Source: Escherichia phage ELT3
Sequence record: PQ368571
Direction: 5' to 3' (one strand)
Length of the DNA: 64,000 nucleotides
This document shows positions 37,517 to 45,359 of this stretch, one piece after another. The notes under the pieces were generated by a model. The model saw only the letters and a list, made by a program, of their open reading frames with translations, made no database searches and was not told the origin of the DNA. Within the stretch, counting starts at the first letter, position 1. Every line of letters starts with the position of its first letter. The position numbers and the translations under genes were made by a program.

Positions 37517-37804
37517 ATGGCATACATCACCATCACTCTGAAAGTTAACAAATTTGCTCACGCTGCACACGAAACCGATAATGCAATCCGTAACAACAAG
37601 TTCGCACGTCTGGTACGCGATGCGGTAGCTAAAGAGTTCAACTTCAAATTTGCCGATGGTAAAGTTATCACTAAATGGACTCATGACGGCGAAACTAAAG
37701 TAGAACTTGCTGACAACTTCGCAAATCAGGAATATGCACACCGTCGCATTAATGAAATTATCAGCGATGAACTCTACTACGGTGTACAGGAAGGACTGTT
37801 TTAA
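37517..37804 (+). CDS. hypothetical protein (95 aa)
   Basis: ORF after cassette; terminator downstream. Confidence 0.5.
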   Translation: MAYITITLKVNKFAHAAHETDNAIRNNKFARLVRDAVAKEFNFKFADGKVITKWTHDGETKVELADNFANQEYAHRRINEIISDELYYGVQEGLF

Positions 37805-37809
37805 TATAC

Positions 37810-37829
37810 GGGGCGTTAAGCCCCTTTTC
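37810..37829 (+). terminator. Intrinsic terminator
   Basis: ggggcgttaagcccc followed by tttt; same hairpin sequence at 41830. Confidence 0.6.
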
Positions 37830-37852
37830 ATCCAACTATTGAGGATAATACT

Positions 37853-38161
37853 ATGAAAGATAATATCTTTGAATTTACCCGCGAAAATCTCCCAATGTTC
37901 CGAAAGTCTCTGCTTAAGCTAGAGAACAGCAATTACGATGTATATTTTTACATCACCGAAGATCTAGAGATCCTTTACGCTGATTACCCAGGTCCGATTC
38001 GTACCTTCGAAGAAGCATCGCAGTATAAAAATGTTCACGGTCATGAGCACTGGTTACGAGAAAACCCAGGTCGCAAGAAAGCACGCGTTAAAGTGCTGGC
38101 GATTGACATAACACCAGCATACGCCGACCGGATTGCACAGAATGATTATTTGTCTAAATGA
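37853..38161 (+). CDS. HxHW-family small protein (member 5)
   Basis: HGHEHWLRENPGRKKARVKVLAIDI motif. Confidence 0.55.
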   Translation: MKDNIFEFTRENLPMFRKSLLKLENSNYDVYFYITEDLEILYADYPGPIRTFEEASQYKNVHGHEHWLRENPGRKKARVKVLAIDITPAYADRIAQNDYLSK

Positions 38162-38168
38162 TTTTATT

Positions 38169-38194
38169 AGCCGACCTTAGTGTCGGCTTTTTTA
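38169..38194 (+). terminator. Intrinsic terminator
   Basis: agccgaccttagtgtcggct followed by tttttt. Confidence 0.65.
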
Positions 38195-38218
38195 TTGCAT
38201 AAAATTTTAAAAAAGGCA

Positions 38219-38287
38219 TTGACACCAGATCACGCCTATAGCATAATACACACATCGAAACGAGATACCACTTAGGAGAATCAAACA
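38219..38287 (+). promoter_or_regulatory. Early promoter cassette (TTGACA-N17-CATAAT) with conserved leader
   Basis: -35 at 38219, -10 at 38242. Confidence 0.6.
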
Positions 38288-38557
38288 ATGGCACTGACTA
38301 AAACCACTACCAACTTTGCAAAACGTCACGGCTTCGACCTTGAACTCAATAGCTTTGAAGATTACACTCTTCTGTGTGTATATGAAATCGAAAATGATTG
38401 CGAGTGGATGTTCAGCTATCGCGTAAACGAAGACGGATCTTTCACTTGGAACGGAAATATCTATCTTGCACAGGAAGTAAAAGAAGAACTTCCGGCGACT
38501 ATCAAAGATGAGAAACATTTACGTCAAGTTTTAAAATTTATTTCTGAAAATATCTAA
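38288..38557 (+). CDS. hypothetical protein (89 aa)
   Basis: ORF after cassette. Confidence 0.5.
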   Translation: MALTKTTTNFAKRHGFDLELNSFEDYTLLCVYEIENDCEWMFSYRVNEDGSFTWNGNIYLAQEVKEELPATIKDEKHLRQVLKFISENI

Positions 38558-38564
38558 AAAGTTG

Positions 38565-38626
38565 TTGACACCAAAGTAAGAACATAGCATAATACACCCA
38601 TACCGAAACGAACTGGAGAATCAAAA
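38565..38626 (+). promoter_or_regulatory. Early promoter cassette (TTGACA-N17-CATAAT) with conserved leader
   Basis: -35 at 38565, -10 at 38588. Confidence 0.6.
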
Positions 38627-38908
38627 ATGAAATTCATCAAAGCAACCGAAATCCTGAAAAACAAAGAAGCATACATCGGAAACATCGTTGGTATGAACAT
38701 TCGCGGTGCTGGTAGCCAGTGGACCAAACTGGTTGATGTTAAAGCTAAAGGCGATAAAATCGAGTTCACTGTAAAAATGCTTACTCATAACGCACATATG
38801 GGTATCAAGACAAAAACGATGGCAGCAGATAAAAGCATCAACTATCAAGATCTGGGCGATTGGCTGAACTGGTGCAAAATGCACAACATCGAAACTAATC
38901 ACGAATAA
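38627..38908 (+). CDS. hypothetical protein (93 aa)
   Basis: ORF after cassette. Confidence 0.5.
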   Translation: MKFIKATEILKNKEAYIGNIVGMNIRGAGSQWTKLVDVKAKGDKIEFTVKMLTHNAHMGIKTKTMAADKSINYQDLGDWLNWCKMHNIETNHE

Positions 38909-38922
38909 TTTTAAAAAAGTTG

Positions 38923-38984
38923 TTGACGGGGATCGGGAGATCCCCTATAATACACACATACCGAAACGAAATAGGAGAATCAAA
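38923..38984 (+). promoter_or_regulatory. PeSL-like early promoter cassette (stem-loop ggggatcgggagatcccc)
   Basis: TTGACG at 38923, -10 TATAAT at 38946. Confidence 0.65.
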
Positions 38985-39152
38985 ATGTTCGAGACTAAAG
39001 CAGCATGTGAAGCATATATCATTGAAACCTACGGTGAAGATTATCTGAAATTTGACATTGTAGTAGCACAGAAGATTGTAGGGATGGTTGCGAAATACCT
39101 CGGAGTTAAAGAAGGTTACTATCCTAGCAACGCACCAGAAATTAACAAATAA
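38985..39152 (+). CDS. small protein (55 aa), near-identical paralog of 35729..35896
   Basis: Duplicated gene including its promoter cassette. Confidence 0.55.
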   Translation: MFETKAACEAYIIETYGEDYLKFDIVVAQKIVGMVAKYLGVKEGYYPSNAPEINK

Positions 39153-39166
39153 TTTTATAAAAAGTG

Positions 39167-39235
39167 TTGACAGGGGAGGATAACTCCCCTACAATACAAC
39201 CATCAAGACGAGATACCACTTAGGAGAATCAAACA
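39167..39235 (+). promoter_or_regulatory. PeSL-like early promoter cassette (stem-loop ggggaggataactcccc)
   Basis: TTGACA at 39167, -10 TACAAT at 39190. Confidence 0.65.
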
Positions 39236-39487
39236 ATGGCTAACATCGAAACCGCAAAGAAAATCGCTAAAGACCTGAACGTTAAAGGCTTCCGTAAACT
39301 GAAATTACAGCGTGTACGCTACACCATCGGCAAACAGTGCTCTTTCATGAGCGAAGAAGTTGCTAACAGCCTGATTGATAACCTGATTGCGGCTGGCTGG
39401 GAAGTTGCGGATCTGAAAACTTGCCGCGAACTGGCTAACAAAGGTCTTTTAGATTCTGTTACTATCAAACCAATGGGGGCAGCGTGA
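39236..39487 (+). CDS. hypothetical protein (83 aa), first gene of a translationally coupled operon
   Basis: ORF after cassette; stop overlaps the next start. Confidence 0.5.
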   Translation: MANIETAKKIAKDLNVKGFRKLKLQRVRYTIGKQCSFMSEEVANSLIDNLIAAGWEVADLKTCRELANKGLLDSVTIKPMGAA

Positions 39488-39729
39488 AAAGAAAATTAAT
39501 TAAACGCAATAAGGAATTTCTTAATAACTGCATTAAGGCCGCTAATGGTTGGCCTTTGTGCCTCTTCCTTTATGATTGGTATTCTAAACAATCGGTTGAG
39601 GAAGCACGACACTATAAGAAGATCAGAAAAGAATCACACACAAAACAAGGTCGCATTAACGGACTTTACTTAATGTGGCACGGTAAAGAACCGACTAAAA
39701 TCTGTGCTGGGTTAAAGGGTCGTATATGA
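39484..39729 (+). CDS. hypothetical basic protein (81 aa)
   Basis: ATGA overlaps on both sides. Confidence 0.45.
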   Translation: MKRKLIKRNKEFLNNCIKAANGWPLCLFLYDWYSKQSVEEARHYKKIRKESHTKQGRINGLYLMWHGKEPTKICAGLKGRI

Positions 39730-40442
39730 AACAAAAATTAATATTCTGCAACTTTGACGGATCGGGGATAATGGGGCTAGAATGGGCTAAAGCAGGTCAT
39801 AAGGTAGTCTGCTTTAATGCGGATGACGCCGACCACGGTACATACAAAAAGTATAATACCAGATTTGAACATCCAAACATTACCTATGTAAACACATGGA
39901 TTGATTTGAACTGGCTGGAAAGAGCAATGGACCTTGAATGGGGGAAACCGGATATTATCTTTGCATTCCCACCGTGCACCAATTTAGCTGTTAGTGGCGC
40001 TGCGCACTTTGAACGAAAGAAACGAGAACAAGGACCATTGATTCAAGTTCATGATGTACGGGCAGCTAAAATAACCGCTTATTTGGGTGAATGGCTCGGA
40101 GTTCCCTACATGATAGAGAATCCTGTAAGCGTTATCTCTAGCATGTGGCGTAAGCCTGATTACATGTTCCATCCGTGGGAATATGGCGGTTATTTGCCGG
40201 AAGATGATAAGCATCCTACGTTTCCTGAGTATATTGCCGCCCGTGATATGTACCCGAAAAAGACTTGCTTATGGACCGGACAAGGCTTTATAATGCCAGA
40301 AAAGAAACCGTTGCAGATTAATAAAGGGTACAGTAAACAGCATTCTAAGCTAGGCGGGAAAGGAACGAAAACAAAGACTATAAGGTCACTTACCCCGCGA
40401 GGATTCGCAAAGGCAGTATTTGAAGCAAATAAGGATCTATAA
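39726..40442 (+). CDS. C5-cytosine methyltransferase-like catalytic-core protein (238 aa; no obvious target-recognition domain)
   Basis: Motif I-like FCNFDGSGIMG, motif IV-like FPPCTNLAVSGA (Pro-Cys), motif VI-like IENPVSV. Confidence 0.4.
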   Translation: MKQKLIFCNFDGSGIMGLEWAKAGHKVVCFNADDADHGTYKKYNTRFEHPNITYVNTWIDLNWLERAMDLEWGKPDIIFAFPPCTNLAVSGAAHFERKKREQGPLIQVHDVRAAKITAYLGEWLGVPYMIENPVSVISSMWRKPDYMFHPWEYGGYLPEDDKHPTFPEYIAARDMYPKKTCLWTGQGFIMPEKKPLQINKGYSKQHSKLGGKGTKTKTIRSLTPRGFAKAVFEANKDL

Positions 40443-40771
40443 TGAGATTGTTTAAGTATTCGCTAACGTCAAATTACGATAAACAAGGTCATTGCATCCG
40501 TTGCCCTGATTGTCATAGCCATAACATCGAAAGCAAGATCACCGATCATATTGATGGACTTTGGTCGCCAGCAAGTGAAATAGAATACTATTGCGCTGAT
40601 TGTGGAATTGTAGTAGCATATTGGGCATACGGATCATATGATCCATACTTCCAGATGGGAGAGCGTTCAATCCCTGCTCTTATCTGGAGAATTAAGAACA
40701 ACATCCGCCATTCATGGGATGAGTTCTTAAAAGATATTGATTTACGTGATGATCCATTCAGGAGACTATAA
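40442..40771 (+). CDS. zinc-ribbon protein (109 aa)
   Basis: CIRCPDC...CADCG paired CxxC motifs. Confidence 0.45.
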   Translation: MRLFKYSLTSNYDKQGHCIRCPDCHSHNIESKITDHIDGLWSPASEIEYYCADCGIVVAYWAYGSYDPYFQMGERSIPALIWRIKNNIRHSWDEFLKDIDLRDDPFRRL

Positions 40772-40772
40772 C

Positions 40773-41291
40773 ATGAACCGTTTAACGCCTAAACGCCGTT
40801 ACTATACCAATACTAAAAACTTTGTCATCTCTGTTTATGATGCATGGTTAGAAGATGGCTATATCAACATGAACCCAGATTATCAGCGTCCTTTAGTATG
40901 GGACACCGAAAACAAACGTATGTTTATCGAAAACCTGATTAATGATTTTCCGGTTGGTGCTATCGCAATGGCTAAGATTGATGATGGCTCTCGCTATGAG
41001 ATCGAAATCGTGGACGGTAAACAGCGTTTAAACGCAATATTCTCCTTTATGAAGGATGAGTTTAGCATTGCTTGTAATGATGATTCTATGTTGTATTACA
41101 GTGATTTTACGCCAGCAGAAAAGCGACGTTTCCGAAATCTCGGACTACCCGCGATCATGATGGAAGAGAGCACACGAGAAGACCGATTAGAGTATTTCTA
41201 CAAAACAAACTTTTTCGGTGTGCCTCAATCGGAAGAACATCGCCAGCATGTGATTGCCCTATTGCAAGATGAGCAATTAAAAAATAACTAA
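40773..41291 (+). CDS. DUF262 (ParB/Srx-like NTPase domain) protein
   Basis: DYQRPLVW and IVDGKQRLNAI motifs (DUF262 hallmarks (Y)QR..VW and DGQQR). Confidence 0.5.
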   Translation: MNRLTPKRRYYTNTKNFVISVYDAWLEDGYINMNPDYQRPLVWDTENKRMFIENLINDFPVGAIAMAKIDDGSRYEIEIVDGKQRLNAIFSFMKDEFSIACNDDSMLYYSDFTPAEKRRFRNLGLPAIMMEESTREDRLEYFYKTNFFGVPQSEEHRQHVIALLQDEQLKNN

Positions 41292-41299
41292 AAAATTTG

Positions 41300-41360
41300 T
41301 TGACAGGGGATCATCGATCCCCTATAATACACCCATACCGAAACGAAAGGAGAATCAAAC
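41300..41360 (+). promoter_or_regulatory. PeSL-like early promoter cassette (stem-loop ggggatcatcgatcccc)
   Basis: TTGACA at 41300, -10 TATAAT at 41323. Confidence 0.65.
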
Positions 41361-41540
41361 ATGAAACAATTAACCATCGAATCGGCAATCATCGCAATCG
41401 CTAAAGTTCAAGCGGCTTATAATTGCACTGACATTGAAGCCATTTCAAAAATGCAAGCAGAAGCCGCAAAAGCAGGTGACGAGAAATCTTTAGATGTTCT
41501 CTGCGAAATCAAAGCAGAATTAATTTCAAAAATGTTCTAA
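41361..41540 (+). CDS. hypothetical small protein (59 aa)
   Basis: ORF after cassette. Confidence 0.45.
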   Translation: MKQLTIESAIIAIAKVQAAYNCTDIEAISKMQAEAAKAGDEKSLDVLCEIKAELISKMF

Positions 41541-41545
41541 AAGTT

Positions 41546-41611
41546 GTTGACATAACAGAGGGTGTATATCATAATACACCCATACCGAAACGAACTACTA
41601 AGGAGTATCAA
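41546..41611 (+). promoter_or_regulatory. PeSL-like early promoter cassette (stem-loop gggtgtatatcataatacaccc)
   Basis: TTGACA at 41546, -10 CATAAT at 41570. Confidence 0.65.
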
Positions 41612-41824
41612 ATGGCTAACATCGAAATCATCATTACCGACGTAACTTATGACCGCATTAACGAAATCGGTACTGCATTACTGGAAGATGGAACAACTCG
41701 TACCATCAACTACGCAGAATACGTTGAAATGCGTGGTTGTATTAAACGAGTAGGAAAATATATCCTGATTGAAAAAGACTATTCAGGATACACCTTAGAG
41801 CAATTGCTTGATGGTGCATTATAA
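41612..41824 (+). CDS. hypothetical protein (70 aa)
   Basis: ORF after cassette; terminator downstream. Confidence 0.5.
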   Translation: MANIEIIITDVTYDRINEIGTALLEDGTTRTINYAEYVEMRGCIKRVGKYILIEKDYSGYTLEQLLDGAL

Positions 41825-41829
41825 TAAAT

Positions 41830-41849
41830 GGGGCGTTAAGCCCCGTTTT
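41830..41849 (+). terminator. Intrinsic terminator
   Basis: ggggcgttaagccccgtttt. Confidence 0.6.
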
Positions 41850-41890
41850 CATAAATATAGGTTTATAGGTTATCAACTAGAGGATATAAA

Positions 41891-43942
41891 ATGTTTAACT
41901 TAGAAATCGACGATCTAATGATTGAATCTTTCGAGAAATGGCTGTTGACGGAAGAGGAAGAAAACTTTGGCAGTATTGCTCCGGTACAGTGCTTAAAGCC
42001 TAAGCAGAATCCTAAACAGCTTTTTGCAGTACAGACACGCGATAAAGATGTGATTGTCCGTCTTTGTAACTTCACCAACAAAACACCTAAAATCATTCGT
42101 ATGGGTGACAAGACCGCACATGTTGTACTGTGCGAAATGAACAAAAGCGGTCGTATTGTACAGCTTAAAAATGGTCTAGGCGATAACCCGATTGCAGTTA
42201 TGGCAAGTGCTTTTGATGTGGTTATGGAAACAGCCCGTAAAGCGCAATTAGACGCTGTTATGTTCCGTTTTAACGTATCCCGCATGAAAGGTAAGACCGA
42301 ACTGGTTAAGCGCGTTATAGAGCGTTTGGTGCGTCGTACACCGAAGTTTGAAGTATTCCAGCAGGAAGTAATGACCAGCAAAAAGATCGCTTTAGTTGTT
42401 GTCAAGCGTCGCGGGATGGCGATTGATAAGATTAAAGGGATTAAACTTGATGAATCCTTGTTCACTAAAGTAGAAAGTGATTTAGGTGATCGCTGGGTAT
42501 CTAAGGCTACTGGTGAATCTCTGACTAAAGATGAGGCGTATGCGGCTAGTCTTGTGTCAGAAGAAGAACGAAACGCGGAAGCAGAACAACGCGTAGCGGC
42601 TAAATCTCGTTTGACTAAAGAAGAAATGCTGAAAACTCAAGCGACCTATAACAGCGACTACGTGAATCATCCAGAAAAAATTAATCTTAAACCGGAAGAA
42701 GATATCACCGAAGCAGAACCTAAGAAACAGTTTAATACTCTGATTGACCGTCAAGCCTTAGAACGTTCAACCGCCCGTTCTCTGAATGACTGGACAAGTG
42801 ATATTATCACTCGCTATGGTTTCATGCGTACTATTTTTGAAAGCGAAGCCGATGCAAAATACGCAGTAAGCGAACTGGTAAAAGTTCAGGATCAATATGA
42901 TCCGTTGTCTGCGGAAGTTATCGCAGCATCAATCAAACGCTTAAAAGAAATCATGAGCGAGGAAGTATTTGAAAACAAGATCACCGCCCTGGCAATGGAT
43001 CGAGTAGACCAGTCTATGCCAGCAGATGTAAAAGCTGAAATGCTGCGTAGTCATATCACCCAGATTAAAACCGATGCCCTTCGTAATGTTGCGTCCGGTA
43101 TGTTTGAAGCAATTGCTAGCAACATGGGTGAAATGATGGCAGATATTGATCTTGATCTGCCGGGCGCGGAAGGTTTTGTGTTGAGCGAATATGCCGATGC
43201 AGCATACATCAATATGAACAACTTCCTAACTGATCGCAAGCTGGAAGAGTTTGAGGGAATCGCAGATCCAGAAGAATTGGTCAAGATGTGCGATGCACTG
43301 GATAATGCCTTCTCTAACTATGGTGTTAAACTTGATCCGGGTACTATTCTGTATCGTGGTATGGACTTCCGGTCGCAAATGTGGGAAACTGCACGTAAGC
43401 AAAAAGCGTTTTACTTTAAAAACTATGTGAGCACTTCCCTTGCACCTAACATTTTTGGTGGCTGGAATGCAAACGTGGCTAGTGCCATTGCTGGTGTTGA
43501 TTCTATGGCTGGCTCTCGCGGTGAAGGTGGCGCTAATGTTGCTTTCTCCATTGCTGGCGCGGAAAACATCCCTGTATTGCCAGTAGGTAACAAAGCATTT
43601 GCTTACAAAGAATGCGAGATTTTACTTCCTCGCGGTGTTGTGTTATCCTTTGATACGGTAACTCGTGCTACTGCATCGACGGATTCACAAGAAACTTATT
43701 ACATCGAGGCACATATTATGAACAAAAATGAACTGGCAGCATTACAAGAATCTGGCGAGATGATCGCGGACGGCGATGCATTCATCCGTGAAGGTGTTGT
43801 TAAACCTGCTTCTGACCTGTCTTTCTCCAGATTTATTACCGAAGCTAAAACCGAACGTAAGAAAGCAGATAAGGCAACTCTACGTCAGCTTATCGCTGAT
43901 CTGGTATCTGTAGACGCAATGCCAGATAAATTTAAAATGTAA
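41891..43942 (+). CDS. alt: ADP-ribosyltransferase Alt (packaged RNA polymerase-modifying enzyme)
   Basis: 683 aa (T4 Alt is about 682 aa); ART motifs YRG, STS (YVSTSLAP), ExE (ECEILLPRG); similarity to T4 Alt as recalled (LFTKVES.LGD, FYFKNYVSTSL.PNIFGGW). Confidence 0.85.
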   Translation: MFNLEIDDLMIESFEKWLLTEEEENFGSIAPVQCLKPKQNPKQLFAVQTRDKDVIVRLCNFTNKTPKIIRMGDKTAHVVLCEMNKSGRIVQLKNGLGDNPIAVMASAFDVVMETARKAQLDAVMFRFNVSRMKGKTELVKRVIERLVRRTPKFEVFQQEVMTSKKIALVVVKRRGMAIDKIKGIKLDESLFTKVESDLGDRWVSKATGESLTKDEAYAASLVSEEERNAEAEQRVAAKSRLTKEEMLKTQATYNSDYVNHPEKINLKPEEDITEAEPKKQFNTLIDRQALERSTARSLNDWTSDIITRYGFMRTIFESEADAKYAVSELVKVQDQYDPLSAEVIAASIKRLKEIMSEEVFENKITALAMDRVDQSMPADVKAEMLRSHITQIKTDALRNVASGMFEAIASNMGEMMADIDLDLPGAEGFVLSEYADAAYINMNNFLTDRKLEEFEGIADPEELVKMCDALDNAFSNYGVKLDPGTILYRGMDFRSQMWETARKQKAFYFKNYVSTSLAPNIFGGWNANVASAIAGVDSMAGSRGEGGANVAFSIAGAENIPVLPVGNKAFAYKECEILLPRGVVLSFDTVTRATASTDSQETYYIEAHIMNKNELAALQESGEMIADGDAFIREGVVKPASDLSFSRFITEAKTERKKADKATLRQLIADLVSVDAMPDKFKM

Positions 43943-43959
43943 TTTTTAAGAAATAATGG

Positions 43960-44020
43960 TTGACTCAAACGGGGACTAGTTTTATACTAGCCCCGTTTTC
44001 TGTTATATGGGAGGCTTAAA
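43960..44020 (+). promoter_or_regulatory. PeSL-like promoter cassette overlapping a terminator hairpin (stem ggggactagt...actagcccc)
   Basis: TTGACT at 43960, -10 TATACT at 43983; hairpin followed by a T-run. Confidence 0.55.
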
Positions 44021-44845
44021 ATGTTCAAGAAATTACAGGATTTTCGTCTTTCAGAAGAATCACGCGAATCAATGATGGAACGTATGGATAATTACATCGA
44101 AACATATGACATTGAGGGGATTAATGGTTACATGATCACTGAGATGATCAGCGATCAGATTAACTTTGATGATTATGTGAAGGTTATCCGCTTCCTTGAG
44201 CGTGAGACACAAGATTATGGATTTGTCAAGAAAATCATTAATGTGATGTATGAAGTACACTCCGAAGACTTTGGAGATAATGTATTCAAACATTACAAAC
44301 ATAACAACATAACCCCAGCAGAATATAATGCAATCTGTGATTATGTGTCTGAACAATACGAATGGGTAAATGGTGCTCTCTTAGGGGAAGAAGACATGAC
44401 CGATGAGATATCAGAGATTGTTGATTTGATGGATTGCGTCATGGATAAAACCGAAAAGTTAAACGGTACTCTTTATCGCGGTCAACATCTTGACATTCAG
44501 ACAATAGAGCGTATTATTGAAGATAAGGAGTTTACCTTTAAAAACTTTGTATCTACCAGCATGACACCGATCATCTTTGGAGGATGGCTATCAAACAGCA
44601 CTAGCCTTTATTGTGAGAATCGATATGAATCAATGACCGGAAAGATGCAACATTCTTGTAATGTATCATGGGTAATTGACGTAAAAGATCATAAAGGTTT
44701 TGTTGTTGGGTCAATTGCATGGAACCCTTGCGAATGTGAAGTAATTTTACCGCGCGGGACTTGCGTCAAGGTAAACGACGTAGTAGAATCTTTCGGCGAT
44801 GAGAATCGTAGACAATTTACAATTTTCGGTGAGGTGACTAAATGA
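44021..44845 (+). CDS. second ADP-ribosyltransferase (Alt/Mod family)
   Basis: R-S-E triad motifs LYRG, FVSTSMTP, CECEVILPRG, paralogous to the Alt C-terminal domain. Confidence 0.7.
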   Translation: MFKKLQDFRLSEESRESMMERMDNYIETYDIEGINGYMITEMISDQINFDDYVKVIRFLERETQDYGFVKKIINVMYEVHSEDFGDNVFKHYKHNNITPAEYNAICDYVSEQYEWVNGALLGEEDMTDEISEIVDLMDCVMDKTEKLNGTLYRGQHLDIQTIERIIEDKEFTFKNFVSTSMTPIIFGGWLSNSTSLYCENRYESMTGKMQHSCNVSWVIDVKDHKGFVVGSIAWNPCECEVILPRGTCVKVNDVVESFGDENRRQFTIFGEVTK

Positions 44846-45327
44846 AAATGATTAAACTGATTGGTCTTGCGGCTGCATTCATGCTTACTGGTTGTGCCAA
44901 CATGGAAGCTATGATGAATGCTAAATCAGATCCGGTTTTCTTGCTTCGTGAATGTAAAGCAGCATATGCAAGTGATGATCAGATCGAGTCGTGCTTTATT
45001 TCTAAAATGGAACGTCGAGACGTGGATCGCGTTAAAGTTGGTTTAGCACCACAAACGCAGATGTTCAAGGATGCAATCAAAGAAGCGCGGGAAGAGAAAG
45101 CACAAGAAGAAAAGAAGCGTCAAGAAGAATTGCGCAAACAGAAAGAAGAGTCTATACAACTTGAGAAGATGAAAGCACGGGATCGCTGTATTATCATGTC
45201 TGACATGCAGATAGAGCAAGAAGCAAGAAAGGCAGCATTAAACGGTGATTATGACCGTTATGAAGAACTTAACAGCGCAGAATTTCAAACTAAGGCACTA
45301 AAATATTGCAATGATTTAGCAAAATAA
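44842..45327 (+). CDS. putative lipoprotein with charged helical region
   Basis: Signal peptide plus lipobox (AAFMLTGC); EEKKRQEELRKQKEE region. Confidence 0.5.
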   Translation: MKMIKLIGLAAAFMLTGCANMEAMMNAKSDPVFLLRECKAAYASDDQIESCFISKMERRDVDRVKVGLAPQTQMFKDAIKEAREEKAQEEKKRQEELRKQKEESIQLEKMKARDRCIIMSDMQIEQEARKAALNGDYDRYEELNSAEFQTKALKYCNDLAK

Positions 45328-45353
45328 AAAGGCGGGGGATAATCCCCGCCTTT
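45321..45353. terminator. Bidirectional terminator between convergent genes
   Basis: ggcgggggataatccccgcc flanked by A-run and T-run. Confidence 0.55.
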
Positions 45354-45359
45354 CGCTTA

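Noticed and set aside
41850-41890. Late promoter upstream of alt
   Set aside because: The sequence CATAAATA differs from the TATAAATA consensus at the first position; not called.
21-44020. Possible CRISPR array, given the many repeated stem-loop elements
   Set aside because: The repeats are promoter cassettes, each followed by an RBS and ORF, with irregular spacing of hundreds of bp and variable stems; not a repeat-spacer array.
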